Source of the DNA: Bacteroidales bacterium
GTDB lineage: Bacteria; Bacteroidota; Bacteroidia; Bacteroidales; PUMT01
DNA: 64,000 nucleotides
Assembly: GCA_007132225.1 (NCBI GenBank)
Contig: SLPB01000045.1
Coordinates: 11,940-75,939 of the forward strand
Direction of reading: 5' to 3'
Shown here: in pieces, positions 20,223 to 29,590 of the stretch
Layout: every line of letters begins with the position of its first letter
Position numbering within the stretch: position 1 is the first letter of the stretch
Notes under the pieces: model-generated
Seen by the model: the letters and a program-made list of their open reading frames with translations, nothing else
Told to the model about the DNA's origin: nothing
Database searches by the model: none
Program-made: the position numbers and the translations under genes

Positions 20223-21485
20223 TTAAAAGCTTATTGCAGCTTCAACTACTAAACCACTGAATTCCGCACCGGCAAATCTGCCAGTCCATGCATCACCTTC
20301 ATAGCTTTGAGTGACATATTCAATCTTGGTAAGGATATTTCTGGTTAGAAACCACCCACCGCCAATATTGAGGCGACTGATTTCAAGATCCTGATCGGCG
20401 CTTTCCCTTTGTTTTCCAATGACAGAATTATATCTTGCTCCAATATAAAAATTTTCAGCAGGGCCAAACCGGTAAAGCAATTCGCCGGCCAGTTGGGTAA
20501 AAGCCCCCTCTTCATCCTGGGGATCTGTAAATTCGGCATTACCGTTGGCATGTTCCAGAATTCCAAAGAACTCAAGTCCCCTGTACTTTACAAAGGGATT
20601 AACCTGCAGGGCGGTTAATTTTGTGAAGCGGGCATTGTACCTTGGTAAAAAGTTTCCTCCCTGCTCATCAGTGTGAATAACATCGTGATACCTTGCCCCT
20701 GACCGGTCACCACCATATAACCATGTTCCCGTGCTTGTCCCGTTGTTTATGTACCAGGAACCGGTAAGCCTTACCCTCAGATCCTGATCAAGATATTTAT
20801 CAAAACCTAGTTTGCCATAAAAGGATGGCTCATTATCTCTGCCATTTACGATTACACTTTGATTCAATTTTCCGTTTGTAAGCCCGATTACTGCAAGCAG
20901 TCCGTTTCTTTGCACGGTTACTTCTCCAAAAGCCTCGGTAGAAAAAGAATCCATTATATAATTACCCACGAACGGATTAAAAATTGTCCTTGCATTATCA
21001 CTTCTCCGAAAATGCGCATCACCATAATTGAATTCATCCAGCCCTATTGTTACTGTTGTAAACTGCATAATATTCTCCAGAAATCCCGGCTGAATAAAAT
21101 TAAGACTGCTTACCTGCATGTGGCCGCCTTTTATCCAGGCTTCAGGATGATGCCTGGATGACAAAAAAGTTCTAAGATGCATTCTCATACCTTCTGCTAA
21201 TTGTACATCCAGGTTTAAATTGGCTGAGGGCAGGTTGAAATCAGCACCAAGATCAACCAGGGTACCGGCTGTATTGGTTTGATCCAATCCCTGGAATTGC
21301 ATTGAAAAATCGCCACCAACACGAACAAAGAATTCTTCATAAGCAACCGTATCCAAAACAGGATCTTCAAAAACATTTATACCTCTCTGGTCATTTGGAC
21401 GCCAGTTTTGTAGGTCACGATACTGTGCTGTAATTGTAGTTGTTATAAAAAGAGTTAGCAGAATTAAAACTTTTGACTTTTGCAT
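20223..21485 (-). CDS. Uncharacterised outer-membrane beta-barrel (porin-like) protein
   Basis: 420 aa. It has a signal peptide (MQKSKVLILLTLFITTTITAQ), alternating amphipathic strand patterns and a C-terminal aromatic residue (..EAAISF) typical of OMP barrels. Confidence 0.65.
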   Translation of the reverse strand: MQKSKVLILLTLFITTTITAQYRDLQNWRPNDQRGINVFEDPVLDTVAYEEFFVRVGGDFSMQFQGLDQTNTAGTLVDLGADFNLPSANLNLDVQLAEGMRMHLRTFLSSRHHPEAWIKGGHMQVSSLNFIQPGFLENIMQFTTVTIGLDEFNYGDAHFRRSDNARTIFNPFVGNYIMDSFSTEAFGEVTVQRNGLLAVIGLTNGKLNQSVIVNGRDNEPSFYGKLGFDKYLDQDLRVRLTGSWYINNGTSTGTWLYGGDRSGARYHDVIHTDEQGGNFLPRYNARFTKLTALQVNPFVKYRGLEFFGILEHANGNAEFTDPQDEEGAFTQLAGELLYRFGPAENFYIGARYNSVIGKQRESADQDLEISRLNIGGGWFLTRNILTKIEYVTQSYEGDAWTGRFAGAEFSGLVVEAAISF

Positions 21486-21652
21486 GATTTTCTAATTTTG
21501 GATTTAATAATTAAAACTTTAAGATTCTTACTTCAAATGTTAATAATTCAGTTAGCTCTCATATTCCCTGAAAAATAAATTTAATTTAGCTAACACCCGG
21601 GGAGGGCATTTTGTTAATGGAATTTGCAAAAAATTAATATGAAAATAATCAT

Positions 21653-22324
21653 TCAATCCAGTCTTGATATTGCTACAGGATGTACAATGTAATTAAAGCG
21701 GACAGTAATTTCATCATTAACTTTCACCAGGCCCAGGAAAGGTGAGGGAGGAGTAATTCCAAAATCCGACATATTCAGGTCTGCACTGCCTTCAAAGCGG
21801 TATTCCATTGCTTCATATCTTTGCCAGTCTATAATAAGTTCCAGGGTATCTGTATGGCCGTTTATGGTAATTGCGGCGTTTGTCCTAAAATTCCCGCCAT
21901 CTGATGAGAGATTTCCATTGGTTAGCATTGCCTCAATTAATTTAATCTCTATCCTAGAATTCTCTTCTCCTCCAAGGGCTTCATACATATCACGTTTCAT
22001 TCTGGAATTTTGACAATTAAACGAACTTATATCAATTAATAATTGTGCATCAGAAAAATTTACCAGATCTTCACCAGGATTGAAATCCACCAATATTACT
22101 CCATTTGAAATACCACTTTCCGCAACACATTGAAATGAATTGATATTGGTTGTACCTGCAAGAGCCATCCAGCTGTTTCTGTTCACAGAATATGATATAA
22201 TGCTACTTATTTCTGTATTTTTCACATCACTGCTCCCGGCATTAGCGCCCTGGTTAAATGAAAACAAAAAAACGAGAACTAGAACTGTATTTATATAGAT
22301 GTATTTTTTGTTGCTCATAATCAT
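21653..22324 (-). CDS. Secreted protein, distant YceI-like paralogue (uncertain)
   Basis: 223 aa with a signal peptide. It shares the C-terminal pattern D-F-x-I-x-PP...V-x-D-E-I-T-V with the flanking YceI-like genes. Two Cys occur in N-S-F-x-C contexts. Confidence 0.5.
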   Translation of the reverse strand: MIMSNKKYIYINTVLVLVFLFSFNQGANAGSSDVKNTEISSIISYSVNRNSWMALAGTTNINSFQCVAESGISNGVILVDFNPGEDLVNFSDAQLLIDISSFNCQNSRMKRDMYEALGGEENSRIEIKLIEAMLTNGNLSSDGGNFRTNAAITINGHTDTLELIIDWQRYEAMEYRFEGSADLNMSDFGITPPSPFLGLVKVNDEITVRFNYIVHPVAISRLD

Positions 22325-22342
22325 ATCATACTACTTTATTGT

Positions 22343-22930
22343 TCATCGGGCATACACTATGTTATAGCTGATTGTAACCTCATCTCCTGTACGAAGTGCT
22401 CCCAGCATCATTACAGGAGGATCAATATTATAATCGGTCATTTTTAATTTTTGAGAGCCTGAGCAAATCAGCTTTTTATCATCTCCGTTTACACAGGTTG
22501 CTCTGACGTTAATCTGGCGCGTATTACCTGCAATTGTGAGTTCTCCATTAGAAATAATTTGATAATTATCCCCGTTCTTTTCAAACCTGCCCGTTCCGTT
22601 TGTACGAAAAGTAATCTCGGGATACCTGCCGGCATTAAGTGCATCATAGGCCCTTCGGTCAAGTCCCGATTTATCGCTTTGGAGAGTTCTTTTTTTCAGA
22701 CTGAAGGATACCGATTCAAGTTGTTCAGGTTGTCCATCATCATTCATTTTAAACCGGGCTTCACTGTTAATAGTCTCAGATATCATTTCCCAGTCATGTA
22801 TTGTTGAGGAGCCCTTTACCATTATATATGAATCACTAGTGGGTTTGTATATTTGAGTCCGGGCTTGCAGACCATGTGTCAACAAAACAATGCAGGCAAC
22901 CAGAATAATCTTAAAAGTTGTATTTCTCAC
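22343..22930 (-). CDS. Secreted YceI-like protein, paralogue 2
   Basis: 195 aa with a signal peptide. It shares the motifs STIHDWE, YPEITFR, ATCVNGDDKKLIC and YNIDPP with the 17423-18019 product. Confidence 0.7.
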   Translation of the reverse strand: MRNTTFKIILVACIVLLTHGLQARTQIYKPTSDSYIMVKGSSTIHDWEMISETINSEARFKMNDDGQPEQLESVSFSLKKRTLQSDKSGLDRRAYDALNAGRYPEITFRTNGTGRFEKNGDNYQIISNGELTIAGNTRQINVRATCVNGDDKKLICSGSQKLKMTDYNIDPPVMMLGALRTGDEVTISYNIVYAR

Positions 22931-22967
22931 GAGTAAATATTTATATTGTTAACAAATTATTAATCAC

Positions 22968-23414
22968 TTATATATGAAATATTAATTCTTCCTGTTTTGT
23001 ATCCAATTCAAACTGGTCTCTTACCAGATCATTTATTGTTATTGATTTAAGATAATCAGTGATCACCATGTTAAGTCCCTGCCACAAGTTCCGTACTGCA
23101 CACTTTCCTTCCCTGCTGCAAGTACTCTGAGGCAATAAGCAATCAACAACTGACAGCCGGGAATTAAAAGCTGAATGAATGTCATAGGCAGTAATTCTTT
23201 CAGGTTCCCTGGTTAACCTGTATCCGCTTTTTTTACCAGATACATTAGCAACAAGTCCTGCTGATTTCAAGCCTGTAATTATCTGATCCAAATACTTATA
23301 TGATATCTCCTGGTTCAGGGAAATATCTTTTTGAAAAATATCCTTTTCGGACTTATTAAAGGCCAATTCCATTATAGTTCTGATCCCATACCTGGTTTTA
23401 GTATTGACTTTCAT
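22968..23414 (-). CDS. Rrf2-family transcriptional regulator with a putative Fe-S cluster-ligand Cys triad
   Basis: 148 aa. The N-terminal wHTH TRYGIRTIMELA...ISYKYLDQIITGLKSAGLV is typical of Rrf2. It has C-x6-C-x5-C (CLLPQSTCSREGKC), as in IscR/NsrR-type members. Confidence 0.9.
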   Translation of the reverse strand: MKVNTKTRYGIRTIMELAFNKSEKDIFQKDISLNQEISYKYLDQIITGLKSAGLVANVSGKKSGYRLTREPERITAYDIHSAFNSRLSVVDCLLPQSTCSREGKCAVRNLWQGLNMVITDYLKSITINDLVRDQFELDTKQEELIFHI

Positions 23415-23435
23415 GACTTTAAATACTTTACTATT

Positions 23436-23458
23436 TATCCTATTCTTTTTGTAGGATA
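23436..23458. promoter_or_regulatory. Candidate Rrf2 operator: TATCCTA-n9-TAGGATA, 22 nt upstream of the rrf2 start
   Basis: Perfect 7-bp inverted repeat at 23436-42 / 23452-58, read directly from the sequence. It is in the promoter-proximal position of the first gene of the cluster. Confidence 0.3.
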
Positions 23459-23636
23459 CAAATGTATAATTTTTCTTTGTTTAATTAAAATAATCGGCGT
23501 TAAAAAAAAATAATTATTCACTTTGCTCAGTAATAATTAGTATTAAATATTTGTTTCATCAATAAATCTGCTTTAATTTGCAGATCTTCTTTTAAGGAAA
23601 AATATTACTGTTTTTCTATCTAAACAAAACCTGGAT

Positions 23637-24014
23637 ATGTTTTTTTCCGGCCTGTTTTCAACAAGTATTCCTTATATTATCCTGGCTGCTGTTTATTCAG
23701 TCAGCCTGGGAGTATACTCGGTCTATTATATTAACAATAAAGTTTTCAACAGTAATTTTCCTGAAAAGGAGATTAAAGTATCGGGAAAAACTGAAATAAA
23801 CTTCGCCGATTATAATTTTGAAGATTATGCATGGTATAAACAGGTCTATGATAATTCCAATTCTTCTTCAATCCCTCCATACTCAAAACTAAAACAAGTA
23901 TTATCACCGGTGAAGCCGATTTTTATCCACCTTATAAGTAACCGAATTGAGAATTCAGAATTCAAATTGTTTTCAAGGCCCCCCCCTGTTTTTTTACTCC
24001 GTATTCTTCACTAA
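23637..24014 (+). CDS. Hypothetical small membrane-anchored protein (weak call)
   Basis: 125-aa ORF in an AT-rich gap. It has one N-terminal hydrophobic segment and a low-complexity N/S-rich remainder, with no recognisable motif. Confidence 0.3.
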   Translation: MFFSGLFSTSIPYIILAAVYSVSLGVYSVYYINNKVFNSNFPEKEIKVSGKTEINFADYNFEDYAWYKQVYDNSNSSSIPPYSKLKQVLSPVKPIFIHLISNRIENSEFKLFSRPPPVFLLRILH

Positions 24015-24094
24015 ATTTATGCATACTTTGGTATTTATGTTCTATCAGGCAAATAAACACCAGCTTCGCACAATTTAAATTTTTCATGTTTTTG

Positions 24095-24109
24095 AATCAG
24101 ATTCTGATT
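24095..24109. promoter_or_regulatory. Candidate operator: palindrome AATCAG-ATT-CTGATT about 70 nt upstream of hemA
   Basis: Perfect 6-3-6 palindrome. The extended 19-mer GAATCAGATTCTGATTATC matches the classical Fur box GATAATGATAATCATTATC at 12/19 positions, counted by hand. Confidence 0.3.
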
Positions 24110-24177
24110 ATCTCTTCCCTTTCCTGAGGATTTAACCAGCGTCTGCATGTAAAGCAGGTATTCAATTAATAATTATT

Positions 24178-25428
24178 ATGATCGGTGTATTAGGAATAAA
24201 TCATAAAACAGCATCCCAGGATGTTCGCCAGCTCTTTAGCTTTGCAAGAGGGGAGATCATATACTTTTCCGAACTGGTCAGGCGAAAGACTGAAATTTCA
24301 GAGATTGTAGTGCTTTCCACCTGTCACCGGACAGAATTGTACTATTATGACAACACTTTCAACAGGAAAATCGCTAAAGTGCTGACCGGCCTGTTACATG
24401 ATTTTAAAAAAGTATCCGGAAACCACGAGGAACACTTTTACAAATACAGCGGGGTTGCCGCAGTGAAACATCTTTTCAGGGTAACCTCAGGAATGGATTC
24501 AGTTGTAATTGGTGAAGATCAAATCGTAAAACAGGTAAAGGATGCCTATATGTTTTGCACAGAAGCAGTACTGACAGAGGCTGTTCTTATGCGCCTTTTC
24601 CAAAAATGTTTTGAGACAAGCAAGCGGGTTCGTACCGAAACCACTCTTCAGCAAGGGCCCACTTCATTAAGTAAGGTCGCGGTTGATTTATGCTGCAGGG
24701 TATTTGATGATCTGTCTGATAGAACAGTATTGTTCATAGGATCTGGAGAAACTGGCCGGCTGGCACTTCATTATATGTTTAAACTGGGTGTGACAAAAAC
24801 CTATGTTTCAAACCGCACTTATGATAATGCACTGGCACTGGCACGGGATTATGGTGCCACCGCTTTAGATTTCAATAAATTCAGGGACATTTTGCCAGAA
24901 TGTGATATTGTTATAGTGGCAACCGGTGCACAGGAACATTTTATAAGCAAATCAGATGTAGAGAAAGCACAGGATGAAAGGGATCACAGCAGACAGCTTT
25001 ATATTGACCTCTCGGTTCCGCGCAATATTGAAACTTCAATCTCAGCTATAAAAAATATTCAGCTCCATGGGGTTGACGATATGCAGCGAATCTTTGATGA
25101 AGTTTCTGTTAAACGTACATCAGGAATTGAACATGCAACCAGTATAATAAACGAAATGGCGGAAGAATACATGCACTGGTACGATTGCCTGTCACTAAGC
25201 CCGATTATTAAAACAATCACAAAAAATATGCAAAAGGTGCGGGACAAAGAGATGAACGCTTATAAAAAAACCGAAGATATCCAAAACTTCCAGGTAATAG
25301 ATGAGTACACAAACCGCATAACACAAAAATACATCAGAATGCTGATCAGGAATCTGAGAAATGCCTCAAAAGATAAGCCCTCTGCACATTCTATGAATAT
25401 TGTCAATAAATTATTTAAGTTTGAATAA
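24178..25428 (+). CDS. hemA: Glutamyl-tRNA reductase
   Basis: 416 aa. It has LGINHKTA, the catalytic Cys context LSTCHRTELY, and the NADPH domain GSGETG. Confidence 0.93.
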   Translation: MIGVLGINHKTASQDVRQLFSFARGEIIYFSELVRRKTEISEIVVLSTCHRTELYYYDNTFNRKIAKVLTGLLHDFKKVSGNHEEHFYKYSGVAAVKHLFRVTSGMDSVVIGEDQIVKQVKDAYMFCTEAVLTEAVLMRLFQKCFETSKRVRTETTLQQGPTSLSKVAVDLCCRVFDDLSDRTVLFIGSGETGRLALHYMFKLGVTKTYVSNRTYDNALALARDYGATALDFNKFRDILPECDIVIVATGAQEHFISKSDVEKAQDERDHSRQLYIDLSVPRNIETSISAIKNIQLHGVDDMQRIFDEVSVKRTSGIEHATSIINEMAEEYMHWYDCLSLSPIIKTITKNMQKVRDKEMNAYKKTEDIQNFQVIDEYTNRITQKYIRMLIRNLRNASKDKPSAHSMNIVNKLFKFE

Positions 25429-25458
25429 CTATTTCAGTAACCTGCCAAAAACAAATTC

Positions 25459-26385
25459 ATGACCGGAAGTAAGATAATAATTGGAACCAGAGGAAGCAGG
25501 CTTGCAATGTACCAGGCAGAACAGGTGAGGGCAAAAATCAGGAAAGTCAATCCAGGTATAAGCCCAGAGATAGTGATAATTAAAACCAAGGGTGATAAGA
25601 TACTCGATGTTGCTCTTTCCAAAATAGGGGGTAAGGGTTTGTTTACCAAAGAGCTTGAATATGCCCTGACCGGCAAAAAAATCGACATGGCCGTGCATAG
25701 TCTCAAAGATCTGCCGACCGATCTGCCGGAAAGATTCACAGTTGGTGCCGTTCTGGAACGTGCTGATTTCCGCGATGCACTGGTCAGCAAAAATAATAAA
25801 AAGTTAAGTGAGCTCAGTGCCGGCGACAGGATAGGCACCTCCAGTCTCAGGCGTCAGGCCGGCTTGCTCCATTTAAATAAGGAGCTGCATGTTACAGATA
25901 TCAGGGGCAATATAAATACTCGCCTGCAAAAAATGAAAGAGGGGCATTATGATGCAGTCATTATGGCTGCAGCAGGCCTCATAAGGCTGGAAATGGAAAA
26001 TCATATCACAGAAATACTGGATCCTGAAACTTTCATTCCTGCAGTAAGCCAGGGAATTATTGCTGTTGAGATCCGTACCGGTGATGAACATACCCAAAAG
26101 ATCTGTGACGCCATCAATCACCGGGAAACCTGGCAGGCTGCCTGCATGGAGAGAGCATTCCTGAACACCCTGCAGGGCGGATGCCAGGTACCCGCGGGAT
26201 GCTATACAACCCGAAATGAATCGGCAGTTTCCATTACCGGTTTTGTGGCTTCACCGGACGGGAGAATCTATCTTAAAGAAAATATGGAAACCCCTTTCGG
26301 TAAAATGGAAGAAACCGGCAGATTATTGGCCCGCAAGCTTATAGCACGGGGGGGAGACAAGATTCTTAAGGAGATAAGGCCATAA
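25459..26385 (+). CDS. hemC: Hydroxymethylbilane synthase (porphobilinogen deaminase)
   Basis: 308 aa. It has IGTRGSRLAMYQA, AVHSLKDLP and the cofactor-Cys region GGCQVP. Confidence 0.95.
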   Translation: MTGSKIIIGTRGSRLAMYQAEQVRAKIRKVNPGISPEIVIIKTKGDKILDVALSKIGGKGLFTKELEYALTGKKIDMAVHSLKDLPTDLPERFTVGAVLERADFRDALVSKNNKKLSELSAGDRIGTSSLRRQAGLLHLNKELHVTDIRGNINTRLQKMKEGHYDAVIMAAAGLIRLEMENHITEILDPETFIPAVSQGIIAVEIRTGDEHTQKICDAINHRETWQAACMERAFLNTLQGGCQVPAGCYTTRNESAVSITGFVASPDGRIYLKENMETPFGKMEETGRLLARKLIARGGDKILKEIRP

Positions 26386-26444
26386 CTTAGTAAGGAAAAT
26401 CATCAAGTGCCGGATCAATTAAGTTTGGGAAAACATAAATTTCT

Positions 26445-27230
26445 ATGGGTGACAGAGGTATAACAAAACAGATCAAAGGGAAATTATTTATTTCAACACG
26501 GCCAGCTGGAAGGTCTGCAAAATTGCGGAAACTTCTGGAAGAGCAAGGTGCAAAGCTGATTGAGATGCCTATGATCGACATCCGTAAATCCCCCCTGTCA
26601 ATCCGCGAACTGCAGCTAATAAAAAACACGAAGCAATTTAACTGGATAGTTTTTACCAGTTCCAATGGTGTCAGAGGATTTTTTGAACAGCTTAAAAGTA
26701 TATCCGGAAGTTATAAAACAGGCGGCATGACTAAAATTGCTGTAATTGGAAAAGATACAGGTATGGAACTCAGTAATTTTGATCATGATGCTGACTATGT
26801 CAGCACCAGGTCTACCGGAAAGGCCTTTTCCGCTGAGCTGCACAAGATGTTCAGGGGAGGAAACTATAAAATTTTGCTGCCGGCGGGTAATCTTGCCCGT
26901 TCAACAATTGAAGACAGGCTCAGTGATATTGCGGATGTTGTCCGGGTAAATGTTTATAATACAGAAATGCCCGGCTGCATAAATTATGAAGCTCTTAAAT
27001 GCATTGAAGATGATAAATATGAAATGATAATATTTACAAGCAGTTCCGGTTTTAATAATTTTTGCCTTATATCCGGGGATAAGATTAATATTAAAACGCT
27101 GAGGATAGCCTGCATCGGAAGTACAACTGCTGAATCTCTGGCACGAGCCGGTGTCAGTCCGCTGGTAATAGCAACAAAAATGAATTCCAGGGGAATTGTG
27201 GAAGCAATAACGGATTATTACAAAGTTTAA
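26445..27230 (+). CDS. hemD: Uroporphyrinogen-III synthase
   Basis: 261 aa. It shows the HemD pattern (TRP...L...G......P.I; FTSSNGV; repeated FTSSSG half) and sits between hemC and hemB. Confidence 0.85.
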   Translation: MGDRGITKQIKGKLFISTRPAGRSAKLRKLLEEQGAKLIEMPMIDIRKSPLSIRELQLIKNTKQFNWIVFTSSNGVRGFFEQLKSISGSYKTGGMTKIAVIGKDTGMELSNFDHDADYVSTRSTGKAFSAELHKMFRGGNYKILLPAGNLARSTIEDRLSDIADVVRVNVYNTEMPGCINYEALKCIEDDKYEMIIFTSSSGFNNFCLISGDKINIKTLRIACIGSTTAESLARAGVSPLVIATKMNSRGIVEAITDYYKV

Positions 27231-27256
27231 AATACAAATTATAAAATCCCATAATA

Positions 27257-28225
27257 ATGAGTTTTCCTGCAACAAGACTTCGCCGCCTGAGAAAATCGGC
27301 CGTAACACGAAATATGATCAGGGAAACAAGGCTGAACAGGTCAAACCTTGTTATGCCCTTGTTCGTGAAACATGGTAGCAACATCATGAACCCGGTCACC
27401 TCCATGCCGGGCAATTACCAGTTTTCGGTCGACCGGCTGACTGAACATTGTAAAATGTTAGCCGGCAGCGGTGTGCAGTCGGTACTGCTTTTTGGTATCC
27501 CTGAGAAAAAAGACGAGACCGGTGATGTTGCCTCCTCCCCCGATGGAATTGTTCAGCAGGCAATCAGGTCACTCAAGAACGAGATACCCGGGTTGTTTGT
27601 AATAGCGGATGTATGCAATTGTGAGTATACTGTACACGGCCATTGCGGCACTATCATAAATGGTGACGTAGATAATGATTCAACGCTCACCACACTGGCC
27701 AGGCAGTCCCTGTCACTTGCCCTGGCCGGCGCAGACATGGTGGCGCCAAGCGATATGATGGACGGCCGGGTAGCGGCAATAAGGAAAGTGCTTGATAACA
27801 ACAACTTTCACAACCTGCCCATAATGTCCTATTCTGCCAAGTACTCTTCGGCATTTTACGGACCTTTTCGCGAAGCTGCTGAAAGCAAGCCTGAATTCGG
27901 AGACCGTGCCACATACCAGATGGATCCTGCCAATAAAGATGAAGCACTTCGTGAGGTCGCCCTGGATGTTGAAGAGGGTTCAGATATAGTAATGGTAAAG
28001 CCTGCACTTGGTTATCTGGATATAATAAATGAAATAAAGGGCAATTTCAACATCCCGGTTGCAGCCTATAATGTAAGTGGTGAATTTTCTATGGTAAAGG
28101 CTGCTGCTGAAAAAGGATGGATTGATGAAAAACGGATCGTAATGGAAATACTAACTTCAATAAAACGGGCCGGGGCCGACATAATAATTTCATATCATAC
28201 CAAGGATATTATTGCAGAGTTATAA
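27257..28225 (+). CDS. hemB: Porphobilinogen synthase (ALA dehydratase), Zn-type
   Basis: 322 aa. It has RLRRLR near the N-terminus, the Cys-rich Zn site DVCNCEYTVHGHCG, and the active-site Lys regions MVKPA and SYSAKY. Confidence 0.95.
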   Translation: MSFPATRLRRLRKSAVTRNMIRETRLNRSNLVMPLFVKHGSNIMNPVTSMPGNYQFSVDRLTEHCKMLAGSGVQSVLLFGIPEKKDETGDVASSPDGIVQQAIRSLKNEIPGLFVIADVCNCEYTVHGHCGTIINGDVDNDSTLTTLARQSLSLALAGADMVAPSDMMDGRVAAIRKVLDNNNFHNLPIMSYSAKYSSAFYGPFREAAESKPEFGDRATYQMDPANKDEALREVALDVEEGSDIVMVKPALGYLDIINEIKGNFNIPVAAYNVSGEFSMVKAAAEKGWIDEKRIVMEILTSIKRAGADIIISYHTKDIIAEL

Positions 28226-28265
28226 ATAAACAGTTTTCATCAAAATTTAAACAATACTGAATTTT

Positions 28266-29555
28266 ATGCATACAGAAAAAAGTGAAAAAGAATTCAGCCG
28301 TGCATTGAAAATCATCCCGGGTGGTGTTAATTCTCCGGCAAGGGCATTAAGGAGTGTTGGCATAAGCCCCCTGTTTATAAAAAAGGCAAAAGGTTCCAGG
28401 ATATATGACATAGACGGGAATGAGTTTATCGATTATGTGGGTTCATGGGGGCCGATGATACTGGGACACGCACATCCTGAGGTTATAAATTCCGTATGCG
28501 AGACAGCCCGTCTTGGCACCAGCTTCGGTGCACCTACAATAGCTGAGACAGAGATGGCAGAACTGATAATGGAGATGATGCCTTCGATGGAAAGTATCAG
28601 GATGGTAAACTCGGGAACAGAAGCTACAATGAGTGCCCTGAGGCTTGCCCGCGGATTTACTGGCCGGGATATAGTTGTTAAGTTTGAAGGCTGTTATCAC
28701 GGCCATGGCGACAGTTTTCTGATTAAAGCCGGTTCCGGAGCATTAACCTACGGAGAGCCCGATTCTCCGGGTATCACCAGAGGCACTGCAAAAGATACAC
28801 TGATTGGAGGGTTCAATGATACCGGGTCAGTGGAAAACCTCTTTGCAATGCATGGTGACAAAATAGCCGCTGTTATAATTGAACCTGTAACAGGCAATAT
28901 GGGAGTTATTGAGCCGGAAAAACACTTTATTCAAACCATCAGGAACTTGTGTAGCTGGTATGGTGCTATTCTCATTTTCGATGAGGTGATGACAGGGTTC
29001 CGGATATCAGGAGGCGGAGCCCAGGAGATGTTGGGTGTCACACCTGATCTCACCACCCTGGGCAAGATAATTGGCGGGGGGTTACCTGTGGGAGCCTACG
29101 GAGGAAGAAAGGATATTATGGAAAAGCTCTCCCCTTCGGGCCCGGTTTACCAGGCAGGGACTCTGTCGGGCAACCCCGTAGCCATGGCTGCGGGATTAGC
29201 AACCCTCAAATATATAAACAGAAACAAAAATTTCTATAATGAACTGGAAAAAAAATCGGCAGCACTTGAAAAAGGGTTGCGTGATAATTTTCAAAAGACA
29301 GGTGTGCCGGGAGTTGTAAACCGTGCGGGATCTATGTTTACAATGTTCTTTACTCCAGGGAACAGGGTGAATTCGTACGGGGATGTAATGACCTGTGATA
29401 CGGAGTTGTTTGCCCGTTACTTCAATGAATTACTGAAGGAAGGTATCTACCTGGCACCATCACAGTTTGAAGCATGTTTTGTTTCATCAGCCCACACTCA
29501 CAGTGATATCCAACAAACAATCGACAAATGCCACAAGGCGCTCACACGGATTTAA
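28266..29555 (+). CDS. hemL: Glutamate-1-semialdehyde 2,1-aminomutase
   Basis: 429 aa. Motifs: IPGGVNSPARA, FDEVMTGFR, and the PLP-Lys region TTLGKIIGGGLPVGAYGG. Confidence 0.95.
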   Translation: MHTEKSEKEFSRALKIIPGGVNSPARALRSVGISPLFIKKAKGSRIYDIDGNEFIDYVGSWGPMILGHAHPEVINSVCETARLGTSFGAPTIAETEMAELIMEMMPSMESIRMVNSGTEATMSALRLARGFTGRDIVVKFEGCYHGHGDSFLIKAGSGALTYGEPDSPGITRGTAKDTLIGGFNDTGSVENLFAMHGDKIAAVIIEPVTGNMGVIEPEKHFIQTIRNLCSWYGAILIFDEVMTGFRISGGGAQEMLGVTPDLTTLGKIIGGGLPVGAYGGRKDIMEKLSPSGPVYQAGTLSGNPVAMAAGLATLKYINRNKNFYNELEKKSAALEKGLRDNFQKTGVPGVVNRAGSMFTMFFTPGNRVNSYGDVMTCDTELFARYFNELLKEGIYLAPSQFEACFVSSAHTHSDIQQTIDKCHKALTRI

Positions 29556-29590
29556 TTGAGAACAGGTAAATCCCAGTTATTTATTACAAT

